Source: an uncultured Acidimicrobiales bacterium
Lineage (GTDB): Bacteria > Actinomycetota > Acidimicrobiia > Acidimicrobiales > VFJN01
Assembly (NCBI GenBank): GCA_963796415.1
Contig: CAWCLR010000005.1
Span: forward strand, 147,795 to 211,794
Length of the DNA: 64,000 bases
Reading direction: 5' to 3'
Shown here: piece by piece, positions 28,781 through 38,577 of the stretch
Position numbering within the stretch: position 1 is the first letter of the stretch
How the letters are laid out: each line of letters opens with the position of its first letter
Made by a program: the position numbers and the translations under genes
Notes under the pieces: generated by a model
Told to the model about the DNA's origin: nothing
What the model saw: only the letters and a program-made list of their open reading frames with translations
The model's database searches: none

Positions 28781-29245
28781 TCAGGGCAGCGCGATCTGGC
28801 GGCGCTGCTCGTCGAGCACGAACACCGTCTGCGTCGACCGGACGTGGGTGGCGCCGTGCAGGTGGTCGAGCACGACGTCGCGCAGGGCCTCGATGGTCGG
28901 CACCCGCACGAGGGCGACCATGTCGAACCCGCCGCTGGTGAAGGCGAGGTACTCGACCCCCGGCAGGTCGAGCAGCTCGTCGCGGGCGGACCGCCACTCG
29001 TTCTGCTCGACGTTGACGAGGATGAGGGCGGCGATGCCGTGGCCCACCTTGGCCGGGTCGACGGTGGCGGTGAACCCGGTGATCACCCCCTCGCTGCGCA
29101 GCCGGTCGAGCCGGGAATAGGCGGTCGCCCGGCTGACGCCCACCTCGCTGGCCAGGCCGTTCACCGACAGCCGGCCGTCGGCCACGAGGGCGGCGACGAT
29201 GCGGCGGTCGATGTCGTCGAGCGGGTGATCGAGCGATGGGGACAT
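28781..29245 (-). CDS. Lrp/AsnC family regulator
   Basis: LDDIDRRI..L..DGR.S...LA..VGVS..T...RL.RL..EGVI. Confidence 0.9.
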   Translation of the reverse strand: MSPSLDHPLDDIDRRIVAALVADGRLSVNGLASEVGVSRATAYSRLDRLRSEGVITGFTATVDPAKVGHGIAALILVNVEQNEWRSARDELLDLPGVEYLAFTSGGFDMVALVRVPTIEALRDVVLDHLHGATHVRSTQTVFVLDEQRRQIALP

Positions 29246-29365
29246 GCTGGCGCTCCTGGCCTCGTGCGCTGCGAATCGTCCGGGAAGTTACGCCATTCGG
29301 TGATGATCCGTCTGGAATTTTGCGTGTGCGTTGAACGACCCGCGGCCAGCGGGAACGCTCTGGTC

Positions 29366-30210
29366 ATGGTTCGTACTGACGTCGAGCCGGCGTCGTTCGA
29401 GCTGCCGGCCGATCACCCTGGCGTGTCCGACCCCGACTACCGCGCTCGGCGGGCGGCGATCGCCGAGGTGGGCCGCAGCTACCGGCGCGGTGCCCCGATC
29501 CCCGACGTGGTCTACACCCCCGAGGAGGACGAGGTGTGGCGGCTCGTCTCCTCCGAGCTCGCCCGCAAGCACGAGGCGTACGCCTGCCGCGCCTACCGGA
29601 TCGGCGCGGAGGCCGTCACGCTACCGGCCGACCGGGTCCCGCAGCTGCGCGAGGTCGACGCCCGCGTGCGCGAGCTGACGGGCTTCCGCATCGAGCCCGT
29701 GCCCGGGCTGGTGCCGACCCGCGAGTTCTACGGCTCGCTCGCCGATCGGGTGTTCCGTTCGACGCAGTACGTGCGCCACCACTCGGTGCCCTTCTACACA
29801 CCCGAGCCCGACATCATCCACGAGATCATCGGGCACGCCAACATGCTCGGGAACCCCGTGTTCGCCGACCTCTACCAGCTCGCGGGCAGGCCTCGCAGCG
29901 GGCCGAGACCGACGCCGCCCTCGACTTCTTCTCGAAGGTGTTCTGGTTCACGCTGGAGTTCGGCGTCGTGTGGGAGGAGGGCGAGCTGCGGGCCTACGGC
30001 GCGGGCCTGCTGTCGTCGTACGGCGAGATCGAGGAGTTCCGCCGGGCCGAGGTCCGCCCGTGGGACCTGGCGCAGATGGGCACGCTCGCGTACGACATCA
30101 CCCGCTACCAGCCCGTGCTGTTCGCCGCCGAGTCGTTCGACCACATGGTCGACGACCTGAGCGCCTTCTTCGCGGGCTACGACGACGAGGACCACGCCCG
30201 CCGCACGTGA
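29366..30210 (+). CDS. phhA: Phenylalanine 4-hydroxylase; one missing base at ~29887
   Basis: STQYVRH..PFYTPEPDIIHEIIGH, then after the shift VFWFTLEFG..AYGAGLLSSYGE, YDITRYQP. Confidence 0.9.
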
Positions 30211-30281
30211 CGACGGTCGGCCTCGGGGCACGTGGCATGTGCCACCTTGCGGCCGAGCGCACGGGCCGTCAGGGTGCACCA

Positions 30282-30815
30282 GTGACCGAGCCGAGCATCA
30301 CCCACCCGGCGACGACCATCGACCAGCTGTTCGCGGCCAACGCCCGCTACGCGGACACGTTCGCGGCGCGGGCGGCGGGCGCCGACATCTCGTCCCCCCG
30401 GCCGACCCGGCACACGGCGGTCGTCTGCTGCATGGACGCCCGCATCGACCTGTTCCCGCTGCTCGGCCTGCGGCTCGGCGAGTCGCACATCATCCGCAAC
30501 GCGGGCGGCATCGCCACCGACGACGTGCTGCGCTCGCTGGCGCTGTCGCAGCGCAAGCTCGGCACGCGCGAGGTGATGGTCGTGCACCACACCGACTGCG
30601 GGCTCTACGGGCTCGACGAGGCGGCGCTGCTCGCCGACATCGAGGCCGACGTGGGGGAGCGGCCGCCGTTCGCCTTCGGCGCCTTCGCCGACCTCGACGC
30701 CTCGGTGCGCGACTCGGTGGCGCGGGTGCGGTCGGCCACCTTCCTGCCCCACCGGGACGCGGTCCGCGGCTTCGTGGTCGACGTGGCCACCGGCCGCCTG
30801 CGCGAGGTGGTGTGA
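30282..30815 (+). CDS. Beta-class carbonic anhydrase
   Basis: CMDARI, IRNAGG, HHTDCG zinc ligands. Confidence 0.9.
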   Translation: MTEPSITHPATTIDQLFAANARYADTFAARAAGADISSPRPTRHTAVVCCMDARIDLFPLLGLRLGESHIIRNAGGIATDDVLRSLALSQRKLGTREVMVVHHTDCGLYGLDEAALLADIEADVGERPPFAFGAFADLDASVRDSVARVRSATFLPHRDAVRGFVVDVATGRLREVV

Positions 30816-30837
30816 CCGACCGCGCTCGGCTCGGCCG

Positions 30838-32061
30838 TCACGGGGTCTCGTCGACCTCGGGCTCGAGGGCGCGGGCGACGATCGTGCAGGGGTGGACGAC
30901 GTTCGCACCGGCGGCCGCCAGGTGCAGGGCGCACCCCGGGTTGGCGCTCGCCACCAGCGGTGCCCCCGACCGGGCGATGGCCGCCAGCTTCCGGTCACGG
31001 ATCGCCCCGGCCAGCTCGGGTTGGGCGACGGCGTAGGCGCCGCCGGCCCCGCAGCACAACCCCTCGTCGTCCAGCTCGACGAGGGTGGCGAACGGCGACA
31101 GCACCGTCCGCACGGCCAGGTGGGCGCGCTGCACGTGGCGTAGGTGGCAGGGATCCTGGACCGCCACCACCGGACGCTCGCCGGGGCGCGCCGGCGCCCG
31201 ACGGCCGGCGGCGCGGAGGGCGTCGACGCGGCCGGCGAGCCACTCGTGGACGTCGAGGACGCGGGCGCTGAAGGCCCGGGCCTCCTCGGTGCCGAGCACG
31301 TGCCCGTAGTCGCGGAGCATCGCCCCGCAGCCCGCGGCGTCCACGAGGATCGGAGCGTCGCCGGGGAAGGCCGCCATCGTGCGGCGTGCTCGGGCCCGGG
31401 CGTCCGACGCCAGCCCGGCGTGCAGGGCCAGCGCCCCGCAGCAGGCGCCGCCCGGCCCGGGCAGTGCCACGCCGGCTCCCGTCGCCTCGATGACGCGTTG
31501 CACGTCGGCGTGGACGTCGCGCATCCAGGCGTCCATCACGCACCCGGTGAACAACCACACGTCGGTGCCCGACGGTCGGAGGCGGGGGCGCCGCACGGGC
31601 AGGCGGGCGGGCAGTCCGAGGCGGCGCGACAGGCGGGGCGGGACCAGCCGGAGTCGCTGCGCGACGGCCAGGGCCGTCGACCCCGCGAGCAGGAGCCGGT
31701 GCCGGCCGAGAGCCCGCAGGCCGAGGCGCAGCGACCGGGGCGCCTGCCTGCGTGGCCCGGACGACGGGGTCGACGGCGAGCCCTCGGCGAGCGTGGCGCG
31801 CGTCGGTTCGATCAGGCGGCCGAAGGGCACGCCCGACGGGCACGCCGTCTCGCACCCCCGGCACTGGACACACGTCTCGATCGAGTGGACGAACGAGTCG
31901 TCGGCGGCGAGGCCCGCCCACTGCACCTGGCGCATGGCGGCCACCCGGCCGCGAGGTGACAGGGCCTCCTCGCCCGTCACCCGGTACGTGGGGCAGTGGG
32001 GGAGGCACAACCCGCAGGCGACGCAGGTGGCCAGGTCGTCGTCGGCGATGCCGAGGTCCAT
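30838..32061 (-). CDS. glcF: Glycolate oxidase Fe-S subunit
   Basis: CVACGLCLPHCP and CVQCRGCETACP 4Fe-4S motifs, CCG domains, ANPGC. Confidence 0.85.
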   Translation of the reverse strand: MDLGIADDDLATCVACGLCLPHCPTYRVTGEEALSPRGRVAAMRQVQWAGLAADDSFVHSIETCVQCRGCETACPSGVPFGRLIEPTRATLAEGSPSTPSSGPRRQAPRSLRLGLRALGRHRLLLAGSTALAVAQRLRLVPPRLSRRLGLPARLPVRRPRLRPSGTDVWLFTGCVMDAWMRDVHADVQRVIEATGAGVALPGPGGACCGALALHAGLASDARARARRTMAAFPGDAPILVDAAGCGAMLRDYGHVLGTEEARAFSARVLDVHEWLAGRVDALRAAGRRAPARPGERPVVAVQDPCHLRHVQRAHLAVRTVLSPFATLVELDDEGLCCGAGGAYAVAQPELAGAIRDRKLAAIARSGAPLVASANPGCALHLAAAGANVVHPCTIVARALEPEVDETP

Positions 32062-33008
32062 CAGCCGGCTCCTCCCGCCGGGAGCGGGTCGCGACCGGGC
32101 GCCAGGCGCCCGGTGGGGTCGAACAGGTCCTTGATCCGCCGGTGGAGCTCGACCACCGGGGCGGCCACCGGGCGGGGCGGCTGCGGTGCCGAGGCGTGGG
32201 CGACGCCCACGCCCACCTGGGCCACGAACCGGTCCGGGCCACCCCCGGCGGCGAGCCACCGCAGGTCCGCGGGACGCAGCGACCACCGGTGGGCCGGGAG
32301 CTCGGGCGGGCCGGCGGGCGCGTCGGCGAGGCCTGCCGCCAGAGCCTGGGCGCCGACGTCGTCGGGATGGCCGTCGAGCAGCACCCAGGTGGTGGTGCCG
32401 TCCCACAGGACGGACGCGGGGCGGTAGACCGTGCTGGCCAGGGCGAACGGGTCGGCCGCGCCGGACAGCCAGCGCTCGGCGGCGGGGAGCGGCCGGGTGC
32501 GCAGCACGACCTCGGCGATCAGGCCTAGCGTGCCCAGCGACCCGACGAGCAGGCGGCACAGGTCGAAGCCCGACACGTTCTTGACCGTCGGCCCGCCCGC
32601 CTTCACGACCGCACCCTCCGCGGAGACGTAGCGCACCTCGAGCACGGTGTCGCGCACCGGCCCCCAGCCGAGGCGGCGGATCCCGCTGTGGCCGACGGCC
32701 AGCACGCCGCCCACGGTGGCGCCGGGCCACGGCGGGAGCGCCACGGTCTGGCCGACCTCGGCGAGGGCGTCGTCGAGGTCGGCGACCGTGGTCCCGGCCC
32801 GCACGCGCACCGTCATGTCGGCGGCCTCGACGGCGACGATCCCGGCCGGTGGCCGCACCTCTCGCACCGTCGCGCCGTTCCGGGCCCGGACCGCGCCGCC
32901 GACGTCCCACTGCGTGCGGCCCCCGACCGCGACCACGGGCCCCGCCTCGGCCGGCCCGACCTCCGCAGCGAAGGCGGCTACCGGGTCGGTCACGGGCTCC
33001 CCGGACAT
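32061..33008 (-). CDS. glcE: Glycolate oxidase FAD-binding subunit
   Basis: VKAGGPTVKNVSGFDL..L.VGSLGTLG; TGATG coupling to both neighbours. Confidence 0.85.
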   Translation of the reverse strand: MSGEPVTDPVAAFAAEVGPAEAGPVVAVGGRTQWDVGGAVRARNGATVREVRPPAGIVAVEAADMTVRVRAGTTVADLDDALAEVGQTVALPPWPGATVGGVLAVGHSGIRRLGWGPVRDTVLEVRYVSAEGAVVKAGGPTVKNVSGFDLCRLLVGSLGTLGLIAEVVLRTRPLPAAERWLSGAADPFALASTVYRPASVLWDGTTTWVLLDGHPDDVGAQALAAGLADAPAGPPELPAHRWSLRPADLRWLAAGGGPDRFVAQVGVGVAHASAPQPPRPVAAPVVELHRRIKDLFDPTGRLAPGRDPLPAGGAG

Positions 33009-34447
33009 CACACCCACACGCCCTCGGGCACCGCCTGCAGGTCGCCGCACCGGCTGCCCGCCGGCAGGACCTTGGTCGGATTGGCCACGCCGTCGGGATC
33101 GAACGCCTCGCGCAGGCGGGCCTGGGCGTCGAGGTCGTCGGGGCCGAACAGCAGCGGCATCAGGTCCCGCTTCTCGAGACCGATGCCGTGCTCGCCCGAC
33201 AGCACCCCACCCGCGGCCAGCGACACGCGCACGATCTCGTCGCCGGCCGCATGCACTCGGTCCATGACCCCGGGCTCGCGGGCGTCGAACAGCAGCAGCG
33301 GGTGGAGGTTGCCGTCGCCCGCGTGGAAGACGTTCATCACGTCGAGGTCGTGGCGTTCGGCGATGGCGTAGACCTCGGTCAGGACCTCGACCAGGCGGGT
33401 CCGGGGCACCACCGTGTCGTGCAGGTAGTAGTTGGGTGCCACCCGGGCGACCGCCCCGAACGCCGACTTGCGGCCCTTCCACAACAGGGCCCGCTCGGCG
33501 TCGTCGGCCGCCACCCGTACCGCCCGGGCGCCGTGGGCGCGGCCGATGTCACCGATGCGGGCCACGGCGTCGGCGACCCCGGCCGGCAGGCCGTCGACCT
33601 CGGCCAGGAGCACGGCGGCCGCGTCGGTGGGGTAGCCGGCGTGGGCGAACTCCTCGGCCGCCTGCGTGATGCGGCGGTCCATCATCTCGAGGGCGGCGGG
33701 CAGGATGCCGGCGGCGATGATCCCGCTGACCGTCTCGGCCGCGGCGTCGACGGAACCGAAGTCCAGCAGCAGGGTGGCCACTTCGGGCGGGTCCGGCGTC
33801 AGCCGCACGGCGATGCGGGTGGCGATGCCCAGCGTGCCCTCGCTGCCGACGAACGCCCCCCGCAGGTCGAGCCCCGCCGGCTCGGGGTCGAGCCCGCCGA
33901 GCACGGTCACGTCCCCGTCGGGCAGCACCACCTCGACCGCCAGCACGTGGGCGCTGGTCACCCCGTACGCCAGGCAGTGCGGGCCGCCCGAGTTGTTGGC
34001 CACGTTCCCGCCGATCGTGCAGGCCTGCTGGCTCGACGGGTCGGGGGCGAAGTGCAGGCCGTGCGCAGCGAGGGCCCGGGTCAGGTCGAGGTTGACGACG
34101 CCGGGCTCGACCCAGGCGACGCGGTCGTCGGGGTCGACCGACAGGATGCGATCCATCTTCGTGGTCACGATCACCACCGGGTCCCCCACCGGCACCGCGC
34201 CGCCGGCCAGCCCCGTGCCCGAGCCACGGGCGACGAACGGTCGCCCGTGCCGCCGGGCGATGCGGACGGCCGCGGCGACCTCGGCGGTCGACGTGGGGAA
34301 GCAGGCCACTGCGGCCTCGCCCGCCAGCACCGAGGCGTCGCGGCCGTACAGCCCCAGCTCGACGCCCCCGGTCCGCACCCGGTCGGGGGCCAGCGCCGCG
34401 GCCAGGTCGGCGGCGAGCGCCGTGTGCGCGGCGTTGTCCGAGCTCAC
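33008..34447 (-). CDS. glcD: Glycolate oxidase / FAD-linked oxidase subunit
   Basis: RGSGTGLAGG, PDPSSQ.ACTIGGN, FHAGDGNLHP, GEHGIG.EK. Confidence 0.9.
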   Translation of the reverse strand: MSSDNAAHTALAADLAAALAPDRVRTGGVELGLYGRDASVLAGEAAVACFPTSTAEVAAAVRIARRHGRPFVARGSGTGLAGGAVPVGDPVVIVTTKMDRILSVDPDDRVAWVEPGVVNLDLTRALAAHGLHFAPDPSSQQACTIGGNVANNSGGPHCLAYGVTSAHVLAVEVVLPDGDVTVLGGLDPEPAGLDLRGAFVGSEGTLGIATRIAVRLTPDPPEVATLLLDFGSVDAAAETVSGIIAAGILPAALEMMDRRITQAAEEFAHAGYPTDAAAVLLAEVDGLPAGVADAVARIGDIGRAHGARAVRVAADDAERALLWKGRKSAFGAVARVAPNYYLHDTVVPRTRLVEVLTEVYAIAERHDLDVMNVFHAGDGNLHPLLLFDAREPGVMDRVHAAGDEIVRVSLAAGGVLSGEHGIGLEKRDLMPLLFGPDDLDAQARLREAFDPDGVANPTKVLPAGSRCGDLQAVPEGVWV

Positions 34448-34539
34448 CCCCGCAGTCTGCCGCTGCTGCCCCGCCTCGGGATATTCGCTGGGCGGGTCCG
34501 CCTGGTGAGCGGTATTCAGGCCTTGTGGTAACCACCGGC

Positions 34540-35571
34540 GTGATCGAGGTCGTCGAGGTGCGGAGCGGCGACGGTCCGGAGATGAACGGCCTGCTGGCCG
34601 TGTGGCGGGCGGTCGACGAGGTGCTCGAGCCCGACGATCCGCCCATGCCCCTCCAGGAGCTGCGCGGCGACCTGTTCGGCATCCCCGCCCACAAGCGCCG
34701 GCGCGTGTGGCTGGCCACCATCGACGGCGAGCCCGCCGGCCTGGCCCACACCGACCAGGACCTCGACGGCGTCAACGAGGCCACCATCGAGGTCTACGCC
34801 ATCGTCCACCCCGAGCGGCGGCGGCGCGGCCTCGGCCGGGCCCTCCTCCGGGCTGCGCTTCCCCGCGTCGTGGCGGACGGCGGCACGTCGCTGCTCGGCT
34901 GGACGCTCGACGACGCCGGCGTGGCCCTGTGCCGCCGGCTGGGCCTGACCCACCGGTCCGACGACCGGTGCAGCCGCGTGCGCGTCGTGGACGTCGACCC
35001 CGACCAGCAGCGGCGCTGGATCGACGACGCCCCCGGCCGGGCCGCCGGCTACCGCCTCGTCGGGTGGGTGGGGGTGTGCCCCGACGAGTGGGCCGAGGGC
35101 CTGGCCGCCGCCCTGGCCGCCATGATCGACGCTCCGCTCGACGACATCGACTGGGATCCGCAGGTGCTCCCGCCCTCCCAGCTCCAGGCCCGCGAGCGCG
35201 GGTGGGACGGCGAGGGGTTCGACATCGTGACCACCCTGGCGCTGGCGCCCGACGGCTCGGCGGCCGGCGCCAGCCAGCTCCTGGCCTCGCGCCTGCGGCC
35301 GTACGTCGGCCGCCAGGCAGACACCGGGGTCGTGGCGTCCCACCGCGGCCATGGCCTGGGGCGCTGGATGAAGGCCGAGAACCTGCGCCGGGCGCTCGCC
35401 CACCAGCCCGGCATCGCCGTGATCGAGACCTACAACGCCGAGTCGAACCCGCACATGCTGGCGATCAACGTCGAGATGGGCTTCCGGCCGCACCGCGCCT
35501 TCAGCACGTGGCAGGGCCCGGTCGACGGCGCCGCGAGGGCATTGGGCCTCGACCTCGTCAGGTATGGCTGA
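34540..35571 (+). CDS. Tandem GNAT acetyltransferase
   Basis: VHPERRRRGLG and TGV..SHRGHGLG motifs, T.NAESN.HMLAIN..MGF. Confidence 0.85.
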   Translation: MIEVVEVRSGDGPEMNGLLAVWRAVDEVLEPDDPPMPLQELRGDLFGIPAHKRRRVWLATIDGEPAGLAHTDQDLDGVNEATIEVYAIVHPERRRRGLGRALLRAALPRVVADGGTSLLGWTLDDAGVALCRRLGLTHRSDDRCSRVRVVDVDPDQQRRWIDDAPGRAAGYRLVGWVGVCPDEWAEGLAAALAAMIDAPLDDIDWDPQVLPPSQLQARERGWDGEGFDIVTTLALAPDGSAAGASQLLASRLRPYVGRQADTGVVASHRGHGLGRWMKAENLRRALAHQPGIAVIETYNAESNPHMLAINVEMGFRPHRAFSTWQGPVDGAARALGLDLVRYG

Positions 35572-35691
35572 TCTGCCTGGACGAGGACGGCTGATCCGCG
35601 GCGAAGGCACTGGCCATCCAGGGTTTTCCTGGTAGCCCCTCACTCTGCGCAGTTATAGTGACACGCAGTCGCGCGGAAGGCGGGACGGGCG

Positions 35692-36936
35692 GTGGACGAG
35701 TGGGCGACACGCGGGGCGCTGGGGGCGACCCGGCAACCGCTTCGCGGGCGCCCGGCGCCCCCGCAGCCGCGGATCCTGCTCGTCACCGGCAAGGGTGGGA
35801 CCGGCAAGACGACGATGGCCGCGGCCACCGCGCTGCTGACCGCCGACCGCGGTGCACGAACCCTGGTGGTGTCCACGGACGCTGCGCACTCCCTCGGCGA
35901 TGCGCTCGGGTGCGCGGTCGGGGGCGATCCGACACCGGTCACGCCGACGCTCAGCGCCCAGGAGATCGATGCGCAGCAGCTGTTCGACCGCTCCTGGTCG
36001 ACGGTGCGGACCTACCTGCAGGACCTGCTCGAATGGGCGGGCGCCGACAGCGTCCGCGCCGAGGAACTGGCGGTGGTCCCTGGCCTCGACGAGCTGCTCG
36101 CGCTGCGCACCATCGCCGAGCACGCGCTGGGCGAGTGGGATGCGGTGATCGTCGACTGCGCCCCGACCGCCGAGACCGTTCGTCTCCTGGCCCTCCCCTC
36201 GACGCTGCGGACATACCTCGACCGTGTGCTCCCCGCTCATCGGCGCCTCGCCCGCTCGGTGGCGCCCGTCCTGCGTCGGGCCACGTCGATGCCCCCGGCG
36301 CCCGCGGGCGTCCTCGACAGCGTGCTCGAGCTGACCGACGAGCTCGGGCGACTCCACGACACGCTCGCGGACCCGCGGGTCGCCTCGATCCGGCTCGTGA
36401 CCACGCCCGAGTCGATGGTGGTGTCGGAGACCCGGCGGGTCTGGTCCTACCTGGGGCTCTTCGGTTTCAACGTCGATTCGGTCCTGGTGAACCGCGTCGT
36501 GCCGGACGGCACGACCGACCCCTGGCTCGGCCGCCTCCACCAGGCGCAGCAGCCCCATCTCGCCGCCATCGAGCAGCTCTTCGTCGACCTCGGCCGGGCT
36601 CGGGCGCCGATCCGTCCCGGCGAGGTGACGGGCATCGAAGAGCTGCGCTCGTTCGGCGCCGAGATCTACGGCGTGCACGATCCCCTGGACTGGCCGGCCC
36701 CCGCGCCGGCAACCGACTCCCGGGCCGACGGCGCGCTCGCCGGGCACGTCCTCACCCTCCCGCTCCCCGGTGCCGAAGGCGGCGAGGTGCGTCTCGCTCG
36801 CTCGGGGGCGGTGATGTTCATCACCGTCGGGCCGTACCGCCGGTCCCTCCCGTTGCCGCCGCATCTGCGCGGGCGGGTGGCCACGGACGCTCGGGTGGCG
36901 AACGGCCAGCTCGAGGTGGAGTTCGCCGGGTCATGA
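35692..36936 (+). CDS. ArsA/Get3 family ATPase with C-terminal HSP20-like domain (Get3d-like)
   Basis: GKGGTGKTT, STDAAHSL, PGLDE, DCAPTAET; C-terminal LTLPLP..VGPYRRSLPLP..LEVEF; TATAGT -10 at 35654. Confidence 0.85.
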   Translation: MDEWATRGALGATRQPLRGRPAPPQPRILLVTGKGGTGKTTMAAATALLTADRGARTLVVSTDAAHSLGDALGCAVGGDPTPVTPTLSAQEIDAQQLFDRSWSTVRTYLQDLLEWAGADSVRAEELAVVPGLDELLALRTIAEHALGEWDAVIVDCAPTAETVRLLALPSTLRTYLDRVLPAHRRLARSVAPVLRRATSMPPAPAGVLDSVLELTDELGRLHDTLADPRVASIRLVTTPESMVVSETRRVWSYLGLFGFNVDSVLVNRVVPDGTTDPWLGRLHQAQQPHLAAIEQLFVDLGRARAPIRPGEVTGIEELRSFGAEIYGVHDPLDWPAPAPATDSRADGALAGHVLTLPLPGAEGGEVRLARSGAVMFITVGPYRRSLPLPPHLRGRVATDARVANGQLEVEFAGS

Positions 36937-37220
36937 GAGACCCACGGCGTCCGCCCGGTCACCCCATGGTCGAGATGGCCTACGACCTTCGGGTCGCGGT
37001 CGACCGGGCGCTGTCGGACGACGCCGAGCTGACGGTGCCCCGCGCGGAGGTCTATCGCCGGTTGCACGAGACGCTGCGTTCGGCGCGCCGGCTCGTCGAC
37101 GCGCTCGACGAGCTCGTGGACGGGCTCGAGAGGCAGTCGAGGGAGGAGCCGGGGGAACGAACACCCGAGGACGGGAGGCAAGATGACGACTTCCAGATCA
37201 TCCGGATCAGCAGTCCCTGA
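36933..37220 (+). CDS. Small helical hypothetical protein coupled to the ArsA gene
   Basis: ATGA overlap at 36933-36936; 95 aa, amphipathic helix, acidic linker, C-terminal FQIIRIS. Confidence 0.65.
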   Translation: MRDPRRPPGHPMVEMAYDLRVAVDRALSDDAELTVPRAEVYRRLHETLRSARRLVDALDELVDGLERQSREEPGERTPEDGRQDDDFQIIRISSP

Positions 37221-38577
37221 CACGGTCGGCACGGCCGTCGGACTGCCGTCGTACGAGGGCGTCCTCGCCGACGTGCCGGGCATCGACCGGATCCAGGACA
37301 CCGTCGACCTCGCCGCCGTGGACCCCCAAGACGCGAACTTCGAGATCCTCGCGGGGTACTTCTACCTCTCTCAGGCGCTGGGCCGGCTGCTTCACTCGGA
37401 CATCGGGGTCCCCGAGAACGCCACGTTCCTGACCTTCGCCGCCTGGGCGACCGAGAGCCTGCGGCCGGACATCGTGCGGTCGGTCGACGGCACCGTCCCA
37501 CGAATCTCGCCCTCCGGTGCCGGCCTCCGACCCGCCCGCAGGGCGTACAGGTGGTTGGCAAGAGAAGCCCTCGGCAGCGACGACGCGGTGGTCCGCAACA
37601 TCGTTCACGGCGAAGGAACGGTGTACGAGGAGATCGCCACCACGACCCATCACCTTCTGAGACACTCGCTGGAGGCGATCGAGGCTTTCGGGCCGGGGCC
37701 GCTGTCCGACGACGAGCTGTCGGACACGTGGACGGCGTACTCCACGAGACTCGAGGACGCGGCCACGACCATCAACGGTCGTCGCACGAACGACCAGCTC
37801 GACGAGACGGACGTGTTTCTCCTTCAGCGTGCCGTGCAGCCGTACTTCGAGGTCATCGCCAAGGGACTGTCCTGGCCGGATCTGGGCGAGGAGGACAGGC
37901 GGCGCCGGGCGCAGCTCATCCTGCTGGCGAACGTCCGCCTCCTGGCGTACGAGCAGAAGCGGGTCCAGCCCGTCCTGCAGCGAAACCTCGCCTACCTGCC
38001 CGAAACCGTCCGGTCCTGGCTCGGCGGCGAGCTGATGGGGAGGAACACGCTCCTCGACCGCATGCTGCGCCTCGCCTACAAGCGCGCCGGCACGGCCGAG
38101 AGCAGCCTGCGGGAGATGTTCCAGATTGCTGCCACCCGAGGCATCTACTCGATGGTCCTCGGCACCGAGGAACTGCGGTTCGGTCGCGACCTTCCCATGC
38201 CGCCGCCGGCCAACCCTGTGCTGCGAGCTCGCCAGCCGGAGCAGGACAGGAAGCGGTACGGCTCGGGAGCGTTCTTCCCGTACCACCTCGAGAACCTGCA
38301 ATGGCGGCCGGTGTGGGCCGAGGTTCAGCGTCACGACCGGTCCAGCGGCGAGGGTGCCCGCACCGCTGTCGACAACTGGCTTCGGTACGGAGAGCGCCTC
38401 AACTTCCTGGTCAACCTGTTTCGGTCACGCCAGCAGGTCAGCACGTTGTACAACGCGCCCCGGTCGGCCCCGACGCTCCCCGTCGCGCTCGAGCCGGTGC
38501 AGCTCCTCCCGGGCCTGCCCCCTGTGCCACCGCTGGCACAACAGGCGCTGCCGCACTTCGATGGAGGGAACCCATGA
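37183..38577 (+). CDS. Uncharacterised 464-aa protein
   Basis: Long protein-like ORF within the operon; stop overlaps next ATG; start uncertain. Confidence 0.75.
   Translation: MTTSRSSGSAVPDTVGTAVGLPSYEGVLADVPGIDRIQDTVDLAAVDPQDANFEILAGYFYLSQALGRLLHSDIGVPENATFLTFAAWATESLRPDIVRSVDGTVPRISPSGAGLRPARRAYRWLAREALGSDDAVVRNIVHGEGTVYEEIATTTHHLLRHSLEAIEAFGPGPLSDDELSDTWTAYSTRLEDAATTINGRRTNDQLDETDVFLLQRAVQPYFEVIAKGLSWPDLGEEDRRRRAQLILLANVRLLAYEQKRVQPVLQRNLAYLPETVRSWLGGELMGRNTLLDRMLRLAYKRAGTAESSLREMFQIAATRGIYSMVLGTEELRFGRDLPMPPPANPVLRARQPEQDRKRYGSGAFFPYHLENLQWRPVWAEVQRHDRSSGEGARTAVDNWLRYGERLNFLVNLFRSRQQVSTLYNAPRSAPTLPVALEPVQLLPGLPPVPPLAQQALPHFDGGNP

Noticed and set aside
30838-33482. Long N-terminal extensions on glcF and glcE in the ORF track
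   Set aside because: TGATG stop/start couplings define starts at 32061 and 33008
35692-36936. Arsenic resistance operon
   Set aside because: Single-domain ATPase with HSP20-like tail, and no arsB/acr3/arsC/arsR
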